A DNA stretch of 64,000 bases from Protoeuglena noctilucae (lineage: Eukaryota): positions 496,001 to 560,000 of the forward strand of contig OY253685.1 of NCBI GenBank assembly GCA_958009085.1. Direction: 5' to 3'. The notes below the pieces were generated by a model. That model was not told the DNA's origin. It saw only the letters and a program-made list of their open reading frames with translations, and did no database searches. A program made the position numbers and the translations under genes. Positions 54,901 to 64,000 of this stretch are shown here, in pieces. Positions within the stretch are counted from its first letter, which is position 1; each line of letters opens with the position of its first letter.

Positions 54901-57900
54901 GGGTACCTGAGGAGGCGCACGGCGGGGCCCAGGATGCGGCCGGGGCAGGACCGGTTCGAGTCGGGGCTGTATCGGGCACTGAAGGTGAGAGAAAGGTTTG
55001 AAGCACATTTGAGCTGGGGCTTTGTAATGACAACACTCCCCACTCCATTTCACAAGCCCCTAACAGCCTTCTGCCCCGAACATCCAAGACCCCCCACCCA
55101 CCCCACCCACTCCCCTTCATTCCAGGGCAAATCCCGCGAGGGCATCCCCCTCAGATCGGAGCACCCCGAAGAGGCCATCGACCGTTTGCGCCCCCGCCCC
55201 ACACGCGCCCTCATCACACCCGCACCCTCCCATGCACCCCGCCCCTCCGTCTGGCGCGACCGACCCCTGGGGATTTCCCTGGATTGGGACGCTGCCAGAG
55301 ACGGAGTGTCGCTGCGACAGGGCCGGGGGGTGGTGGCGTTTGCGAGGGGGGCGGGGCACGGGCCCGGTGTCGAGGTGAGGGGTGACATGACATGCGGGGG
55401 TGATGTGACATGTATTGGCCTTCATTGATGCGTTAGATATGAGTGAGTGGCCTGTCTTGATCTTGCTGAATCGTTCAATCTGACTTCCACCACGCTTTGT
55501 GCAGCACGTCACCCTCTCCTGCCCACCCACTATCCACGCATATGTATCACTAACGTCACCCCGCCCAATCCACCCCTATGTAACAATCAACTACCGCTCC
55601 CCGCAGGACCCCTCCGCGCTGCGCCGCGCCCGGGAGTGGCCCGGCCCGGCCACCTACGCCGTCGACCACCGCCCCACCGAGCCAACCCCGCACGCGCACA
55701 CTATGCCCCGAGCATCCAGGAACCTCGATACCTCATCCGAACGAGTGATAAAAGACGGAGACTACCTGGAGATCGATGCCGCGACCGCGAGGGACGCTGT
55801 GGGGCCCAGGCACGCGGCGCATTACAACATGAGTCAGGCATTAGTCAGGCCTGAGCCAGGGAATGTCACCGGGTCGCCGGCGGTGTGGGTGCCGCCGAGT
55901 GCGGACGTGGGGGACGCCGTGAGGTGGCGGGGGCCGCGGGTGAGGGGCGTGGAGTGGTGGGAGAGGGGTGGAGAGATGGCGGTAGCGGTGGCGGTGGTGG
56001 GGTGCAGCAAGGGCAGTGACAGGCAGGGCTGCCCATGTGCCAACACATAGATAGTGACTAAGCACACATTGCTGCCCCATCTCAACACCCCGCCTCTGCT
56101 CAACCATCGCCCCACCCCACACCACTCTACCCCTCACCCCACCCCACCCCCTTTCCCCCCCAGCCCCCCGACCTCTCCCGCATGCCCGGCCGCCCCAGCT
56201 CCCCTCCCATCGACATCCACGAGGCCCGGAGGGGCCCAGGCGCATACGACACCGCAACTGCGACCACAGACACCGCCCCGGCTGCTGACTTCGCCTCCGC
56301 TCCCCCCCGCCCATCGCTGTTCGCTGCGAGCACAGAGGGGGATGTGTTGGCGCTGGAGGTGGCGGCGGCGGTGGATGGGGTGCGGCCGCGGGCGACGGCG
56401 GCGGTGATTGCGGGGGAGCATGGGACAGTGAGGGACGTGAGGTGAGGAGAGGAGTGGGTGGCAAGTGAGGTGGTAGGTGGGGAGTGGAGGGGATATGCAT
56501 GTGGCAGTGAGGGATGCCAGGTGAGGGGAGGAGAAGGGAGTGGGAGAGGGGGTGGTGATGGCGGGGGAGCACGCGACTGTGTGGGACGTGAGGTGAGGGG
56601 AGGAGAAGGGAGATGCATGCCGCAGTGAGGGAGGGGAGATGGAGGGGTAAAGTGCAGCAAAGACCTCCTGCCGCACCTGTGCTCTAGAATCCTCCTTGAT
56701 CCTCCCCCTGCCCCGACTCGAACCCGCGACGCAGGGAGAAGGAGGCTTGGGACCTGGACTACGCGCCCCGCTTCACCGCTGTCGACCCCTCCCCCACACC
56801 GCCGCCCGACATGGCTGCGATGCTGGGGCGGGCCCCGCTGTTCCCCTCCGCTATCACTCGGCCCTCAGAGCTGGCTCAGGACGCGTCGTTGCTCGCGCTG
56901 GCCGAGAGGTGAGGGACGGGCGAGGGGCGGTGGGGGTGGCGTGGGAGTGACATGAGAGACATGTCATAAGAGTGACATGGGGAAGTGATGGGTCACAATA
57001 ACATGGCATGCTTAGACATGACACTGCATGCTCAGGGATAGCACAGCTGATATTTAATACTGCAATCGTGTCAACTTACCATTTGATATCCCCATGCAGG
57101 ATCAAGGGCGGCGCTGTGGATTTCTCTGCAATGCTGGGCCGCCCCGATGCCGCGGCAGAGGCAGCCAAGCGGGGGGGCGATGTCCTGGACATCGACGTCG
57201 CGGCTGCCGACCGAGCCGTGCGCAAGGTGCGGGGGTGGCGGGGGTGGTGGGGGTGAGGTGGGGATAGCTGAGGGTTGGGGCTGTAGAGTTAGTGGGAGTG
57301 GAAGTATGGTGGGGTAGCTCAGGGGCGGGGCTGTGCATAAGTTGGGGGTGGAAGGGTGCACGTGGAATGTGGCTGGTGATAGCAGACAAGTGGCTTTCCA
57401 AGTCACCCCATCCTTTCGCTCTCTCCCCTCCGCAGCGAGCCCCCGAGGCCCCCCGCATGTCCTTAGGAGCAGACAGGTCGTTGCTATTGGGAGACGCGAC
57501 AACAGCAGCGGTGCGCGATGCCGATGCCGAGTGGCGCCCGATTGGGTACGCGAACGCAAGCGACGGGTTGCGAGTTACACGAATAGATGCGGGGGGCAGT
57601 CTTTTGGAATTTGACCGCCTCGGCCCGGGTCATGAAACGTCAGACTGGCGCGAGGACTGGCGGGGGTATGCGGCGCCAGAAACGGGGGCGGCGGTGGGGC
57701 GGCGGGGCCCGGAGGTGGACTTCGGGGCGGCGGCGGGGCGGGAGCGGCCGCGGGTGGGGGCGCCTGCTGTGAGGGACAGCTGGGAGGGGCAGCGGCTGGC
57801 GCTGCGTGTGCACCGGGATGCGTGGGGTGGGGACGGGGCGGGGCGGGGCAAGAAGGCGTGGGAGCAGCCGATGGGTGAGTGGGGAGGGGGGTTGAGTGAT

Positions 57901-58691
57901 GGGTGCATGGGAGCAATGGATGGGTGAGTGGAGGGGACTGAGTGATGGGTGCATCATGAGTGCGGCTGATGCGCAAAGTTAATGAGGTTATCGTGGGTGG
58001 GAGGTGCGGCAGCAGCACCTTCCCCCCTTCCCCACCTCACCTCACACCCCGCCCCACCCCAACCCTCACCCCCCACCTCTCACCACCCACCCCCCCTCAC
58101 CCCCCAACCCTTGACCCCTCTCCCCCGCTTGCAGCCCTGGCCCCTGGCCGTGACGCCCTTACAGCGACCGACGCCGACACTGACGGGGATCGATTGCTTT
58201 TGAACATCCCAGCAGAGATGCACGGCCTGTTATCGCAACACAAGGCAGCGCCACGCGCAGTGTTTGCCAGGTCTGCCGCCCACGCCGTGACGGTATGGGA
58301 AGAGACACAGAGAGCGAGACCAATGTTAGTTGATGAGAATGTTAGAGATGGGGCTGGGGCTGGGGGTGCGGGGGGTGGGGTGGGGGAGGGTGCGGTGGTG
58401 AATGCGGTGCATGCGGTGGGGGCGGGGGCGGTGAGGGGGTTGCAGGTCGGGCCGGCGAGTGCGGGGGCGGCGGCGCTTGCGGGAATGCCCGAGGCTGCCC
58501 GCGCTCCGCTGGTGTCGCGGCGGGTGCGGGCTGTGGTGGAGGCGGCGCGACGGCAGGCCGAGCGCCGCCGGCATGCGGTTCTGGCGCCGGCGCCGGCGCC
58601 AGTTCCGGTGTCAGAACTGTCAGAATGGGAGGGGGGAGAAAGCGTGAGGCAGCCAGGGGGGGTGTTCGCACGGCGCTTCATGGTTGATTGA
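51951..58691 (+). CDS. Large multi-exon protein with PGPG/GPGxY (SHIPPO/ODF3/STPG-like) repeats, possibly axonemal
   Basis: Recurrent motifs GPGRY, PGPATY, GPGAYD, RAPKWSF, RAPQFSFGK, RAPAWSFG, VDF(G/S)xxxGR and 'AVRPR'. Exon structure approximate and could be more than one gene. Confidence 0.5.
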
Positions 58692-58959
58692 GACGGCGTG
58701 AGTTAGATTAGTCATGCGATTACGTGTGTAAAGCACGCTTGGCTGCATGGCGTGTCGTGTGAATGACAGGCAGGGTTCGATGCATACTTTGAGCTTCAAC
58801 AGCCATGCATGCATACAAACAGAAACATTTGTCAGCCAGCCTCGCGCTCGCAGCAGCCATTGCCAACCCAGAACTCTCCTCCAATCCCACCCTAATCCAT
58901 CCCTTGTCATCTCTCCATCCCCACCACACCACACCTCCACCCCTCTCCTCATCTTTCCC

Positions 58960-61900
58960 TCACGCGCCTTCCGCCCCACCCCCGCCACCCCCACCACCAC
59001 CACCACCCCCATCGCCCCGCCCCTCACCGCCCCTTCCCCTGTACTTCTTGTGCCTATTCCCAAACCCACCCTGCCCCCCAACCCTCCCCCGGCCATCCAC
59101 ACGCTGCCATCTGTCATCGCCCCCACCCCCACCGCCACCCCCGCCCCTTTCGCCAGCCCTCCACTCCTGCCCCTGCCTCCCGCCTTGCCCCCGCCCCCGC
59201 CCTCGCCCCGGCCCATCCCTATCCCTGCTGTACCTACCACCACCCCTCCCACGCCCACCCATCTGCCCCTCATATCCCCCACCCATCCCTTGCCCCTGCT
59301 CCATTCCCTGCCCACCCCACGCCTGCCCCATCTCTTGCCCAGCACTGTACCCATACCCCTCATATCCCTCACCATGCCCCACCCCATGCCACTCGTACCC
59401 CCAACCAGGGTGGTAACCTGGGTACCCAGCACTGCCATAGTCATGCCCCGTGTATCCACGCCCGTCATACCCTTGCTGCGCCCACCCCTGCTCACCACCC
59501 CCTTGTCCGTAATCCATCACAGTACCAGTAGCATGCTGGTGTTGGTGATCGCCATGAGACATCCCCGCAGCTTGCGGGGCCGCCCCAGCCACATGCCCTT
59601 GGCTAGCCATGGTGACTGGGTTAGTCGTGCCTGCACTGGGAATGGACTCCGGCCCCGGGGGCCACCGCTGCCCGGGCTGACTGGGCTGGCTTTGACCGGG
59701 TTGGTGGTTTTGGGGGGTTGCCGTCACATGCGCACTCGTCACATGCGCACCCGCTCCCGCATGCCCTGCGGGGTGCTGGGATGAACCCCAGTGCTGAGGT
59801 GGGCCCAGCGGCGCTGTGCGGGGAGCGGGGGCGTCGGGAGCAGCGCCGGGCTGCCGGGCAGTGCGGGGTGACGTGCCCAAAGGCGCCGACTGCTGGGCTG
59901 GGTGGTAGCCGGCGGGGTGGCGGCCGCGGCTGGGGTGCCCCGAATCTCCCGGTAAGTCCCTCCGCGTCGCCTCTGCGCGCCCGGCATGGCCGGCGGCCTG
60001 CCCCGCACCCCCGCCACAACCACTACAGCCACGACCACCACCGCTGCGCCCGTCGACCTCCCGTGGTGCGCCCGGGACTGGGTAATGCCCGCGATCGGAT
60101 TGCGACGATAACTGCGACGGCCCCGGCGGCGTGGCCGGGCCTGCGTGCGGCAATTGCTCGCCCGCCGCCCCATGCCCCGCCCGGTCACGCTGTGGCATGT
60201 GCTGGTGACTGGCGGGTGCTGCCCCGGCCTCGGACCCGCCCGCGCGCATCCCCGGCGATACCGCCGCGCTCTCCGGACCCACCGGCGCGCCCCTGTGCCC
60301 CTCGGGCCCCGTCCTTCCCAGCCAGGATGGCAGCACAGGGCCCGGCACCGGCATCGCACCCCATCCCTGCCCCTGGCTGCCCCCGGCGCCGCCATGCAAG
60401 CCGGGAGCATACACCGGAGCGGGCCCGCCCTGCCGCCCATGCACCCCCGATTGCACCGCCAGCCCCTGCCCCTCCCCACCCATCGCACCACCCGTCGCCA
60501 CCCCACCACTGCCTTGCGACCCCTGCAGCGCTCCGCTGGCCCCGAGGGCCTGCGCGGAGCCAGGTAAAGCCCCGAAGTGGGGCAAACCCACACCCTGCGC
60601 CCCGCCCCACGCCCCCACCCCCGCATGCCCCATTGCCGCCACTGACGCCCCATCTTGCGACCCACCCCAAGCAACCGGGACAGCCCCGGGCGGCAGCGGA
60701 TCCCGCACAGCGCCCATCGGGACCTGTGGCATCCGCCCCTGCCCCTCCAGGCCCTCACTGCGGTGCCCGGGCACACCCACCGCCGCCGCTGTTGCGGTGT
60801 CAGGTGCGGGTGCGTGGATGTCGGTCGCAACTGCAGCTGCACCCTGACTCGATTGGCCCAACAGCTCCTCGACGCTCGGCTGTTTCAGCACAGCTGCCAG
60901 GTCTTCGCTTTCGTAAAGTAGCAGCACCGGTTGCAGCCGACCATTCACGCACTTTGCCACCACAGGCTCCCACCCGCCCAGCACCTGCGACAGATAGAGG
61001 GGGTGGGGAGCGGCAAGTGGTTTAGTGAATTATTCAGAAAGATGAGTACTGTGATTAATGCGAGTGCGCCATATATGCATGGGTGCCTTGTTATTAGTAA
61101 ACCGCAATATAATTTTGATAAAATGTTAATGTAAATGACATCATTCCCTCGCCTGCACGGAGGTGTCGTCGAACTTTGCCCACCCGTGCGTGGGATGGTG
61201 GCAGAAGGCGAGGTAATGCGAACCGTAGAAGAGAACCATCGAACGGAGGCGGTAGGTGGTCTCGAAGCGGGACTGCAAGAATAATAACATATCAATATGT
61301 ATTGTAATATATTATTAACAATTAACTTTCAACGCAATTTCATAATAAGTATGGTATACTTACTATAAAAGGCTGAAAATATCAGTATTACAACTAGTTC
61401 ATTATTGTCACACATGATACGCGTCGCGCGCCGCTCACCAGCACTTTGCGGAAGAGGGAGGTGGGCGTGAGGGTCTGGGGGATGCTGTCGAACACGGCCT
61501 CAATGTCGGACGCGGATGCCTGGGCCGTGTGCCACCCAATCAGCACGTTGAAGACGTGGGGGGCGCGGCACAGGGCCTGGGGGGGCGATGAGGGAGAGAT
61601 GGAGTTGTTGTTTGTGTTTTGTCGTTCGTATAGACCATAAATATGACTACTATGCATGGTGATTATAACGACTCCGCAAAGCAAATGCTGCGACGGTATT
61701 GTATTGGCTAGTCTTCTTGCATGGTGTGGTAGAACTAACAACCATGCCTCGCCACCTCCAATCATCGCACTCACCTACTGCATGGCTTGCACGTGACCGC
61801 ACAACCCCCACTGCACCCCCCCACCCCCTCACCTGCTGCATGGCTTGCACGTGACCGCACCCCCCCACGTCGCAGGATGCCATTGATTCCATGGAAAGGC

Positions 61901-64000
61901 GGGCCGCGGAGAGCAGAGGCGTGGGGTCGCCCATGTCGCGCAGCTCCTTAATACCGAATGCCTGCGGTGACGAACAAGTGAGCGATGATAGTAATAGTAG
62001 TGATGGTGATAGTGATAGTGATAGTCATAGTCATAGTCATAGTCATAGTAATAGTAATAGCAATAGTAATAGTAATAGTAACACTCACCTGCGCCATGGC
62101 GTAGAACTGGTTGAACGTGCTCTGCCGCTGCCCGGCCGCCCCGCACCGCTCGCAGTCGAGCTGTTGAGCGATCTGCTGCCCCACCAACACACGGATCAAT
62201 GCAGAATGGTCCTCGCGCCCCCAACCCCCGTCCGGCTGCGTGGCGCGGTCAAAGCAGTGGAACACCGCTTCAAACGCCTCCGTCGCGTCGGCCATCTCTC
62301 CCTCCGCGAACGACTTGCCGTCTGAAAGGGCAAAGGCCTCGGAAAGGGCCTGGCGAACTGCAGGGGTGAGGGGTGAGGGTGACGCAAAGTAATAAATAAG
62401 GGTATGTATCAGTAAATATGGAATGGTATCACGGTAGTCGGTAACTACATTTGAAAAATTATATATTATAAAAAATTTTCAATTATATAAACACAATATT
62501 CATGCCTACCATGTATTATAATGCTTATATCATAAGTATACTCGTCCACTCACCGACGGTGGGGGCGACGGGGACCTTGGCGCTCGGGTCGCTGTTGAGG
62601 GAGACGAAGACATCCTGGGGAGGAGCGAATGAAGGGTTAAATAGCAATATTATCAATAATCATAACAAATATAACATATGCGCACGTCAACTCGCCTTGA
62701 GTGCCTGCAGCACGTTCACTTCGGTCTCCGGGCAGTGGCTCTCGCGGAATAACTCAATGTCCGTGCTCAGAAGAGCCTCCCTGGATGGATGGCGAGAAGG
62801 GAAAGGTGATATTCATAGTGAGAGGGCACGGTTGCCAACACATGTACATTTCAATACATATCAAGAGCCATACCATACTAGCCACCATGCCCGCACGCAC
62901 ACTCCCAACCATCGCTCACCGGAACCCCTGGATGTGCCACAGGCACTGGATGACCACGTTGATGAAGCAGTTGTACTCCCCGCTCATGTTCTGAAGCCCG
63001 CGCGCCCCGGATGCCGCCAGTGTCGCTTGCTCCTGGTCACGCCGCTCCCGACGCGCCGCCCACACGTTGCCCGCACCCGCTGCCACCCCCGCCGCCCCCG
63101 CTGCTACCCCTACCCCCACCGCTACCCCCACCGCCACCCCCGCCCCCGCTGCCATTCCCGCTGCTTCTTTCGCCTCCAATGCTGCGATCTGCGCCAATGT
63201 CTCCTCATCCACATCGTCTGGCGCCTGCCCCGATGCACCCCCACCACCACCAATACCAATACCACCGCCCATCGCCTCTCTTTTCGCTGCAGCCTCTCTC
63301 GCCTCCATCGCAGCGATCTCCGCCAGCGTCTCCGCATCCAACTCATCGCCCACAGGCTCGTGCAAAGGCTGGCGGGATGGCTCAGGATCGTGATGACCCG
63401 ACACTCCCAGAGATGCGGGGGTGGGATGGGCGGTAGTGATGGGATGGGTGCTATCCACCCCAGCCCGCTCCCGCTCGGGTGCCCCGGGGCGGCCCGCGGC
63501 GCTTTCCGCGGCCGACAACACCCCGGGGATTCGAACCCGCGACCCCAGGGGCTCCATCGGCGAGGTGACGGGCGCTGCGCCACCCTCGGCCGCCTCTGCG
63601 CCACCCTGCGCACCGCCACCACCGCTGCTGCTGGCCTGGTTTGCGCTGCCGGACGCCACTTTCGCCCATGAGACGCCGGCGGGGCGCGGGGCGGGCGGCG
63701 CGGCGGGTGCAGGGGCCGACGCCGGCCCAGCGCTTGCGCCGACAGTGGCGGTAGTGGTAGCGGTGGCGGTGGTGGGTGTAGTGGCGGCGAGGTATGGGAA
63801 GGTGGTGGGGAGTTCTGAGACCTCCCGTGAGGTTTTAGGGGGGGTGGAGGGCGGCGTGGGCTGGGCGATGGGCGGGTGGGGGTATCTGCGAGGGTGGGTG
63901 GGGGCGCAGAGTGTGGGAGAGGTGGTTGTGAGTGGGTGGGTGCGAGTGCGTGTAGGTGGGGTGCAAGTGAGGTGGAACATGCAGCTTCCAAGCTTCCAAA
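58960..64000 (-). CDS. USP53/USP54-family ubiquitin-specific protease (5' end outside the window) with a long Gly-rich low-complexity tail
   Basis: Cys box GLQNMSGEYNCFINVVIQCLWH (~62930-63000), MADATEAFEAV, CxxC pairs, His box SMVLFYGSHYLAF...WAKFDD (~61155-61245), WEPVVAKCVNGRLQPVLLLYE. Confidence 0.88.
61988..62081. repeat. Compound hexanucleotide microsatellite (AGTGAT/AGTCAT/AGTAAT)n in a USP intron
   Basis: Directly visible, starting just after the donor site on the minus strand. Confidence 0.9.

Noticed and set aside
53530..55053. 507-aa minus-strand ORF, and similar long ORFs such as 59718-61025, 31942-33063 and 44295-45419
   Set aside because: Antisense or alternative-frame shadows of real GC-rich exons, Pro/Arg-rich with no domain motifs.
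58727..58731. TGTAA as the general polyadenylation signal
   Set aside because: Present after the gene ending at 58691 but not found after most other stops, so its absence was not used as evidence for bicistrons.
61829..62325. ORFs with poly-Tyr, (TI)n or (SN)n/(SH)n tracts
   Set aside because: Translation of an intronic hexanucleotide microsatellite.

Overview
GC-rich, intron-dense eukaryotic DNA, most consistent with a chlorophyte green alga (plastid-type starch branching enzyme, HAP2/GCS1, flagellar genes). The raw ORF track is mostly fragments and shadow frames, so gene models were assembled by hand across GT/GC-AG introns and exon boundaries are approximate. Gene order: 3' end of a PAC1/PSMG1-like gene (+), HAP2/GCS1 (+), TAF1 (-), SEC12/PREB (+), a broken NRAMP (-), a FetA/STAR1-like ABC ATPase followed 6 nt later and in frame by a FetB/STAR2-like permease (+), UBL5/Hub1 (-), BCNT/CFDP1 (+), starch branching enzyme (-), TTLL9-like (+), a hypothetical gene (-), an FHA/coiled-coil gene (-), PRMT5 (+), a PGPG/SHIPPO-repeat-like gene (+), and the 3' part of a USP53/54-family deubiquitinase (-). 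Most notable observations: (1) the operon-like, in-frame fetA-TGA-GCA-ATC-ATG-fetB pair, divergent from a decayed NRAMP; (2) a 637-codon Trp/His-repeat exon that can splice in frame onto the branching enzyme; (3) a TAF1 ending in a bromodomain that lacks the canonical Asn, followed by a CW-type zinc finger; (4) about 20 introns containing copies of their own exon-intron junction, together with frequent GC-AG donors.
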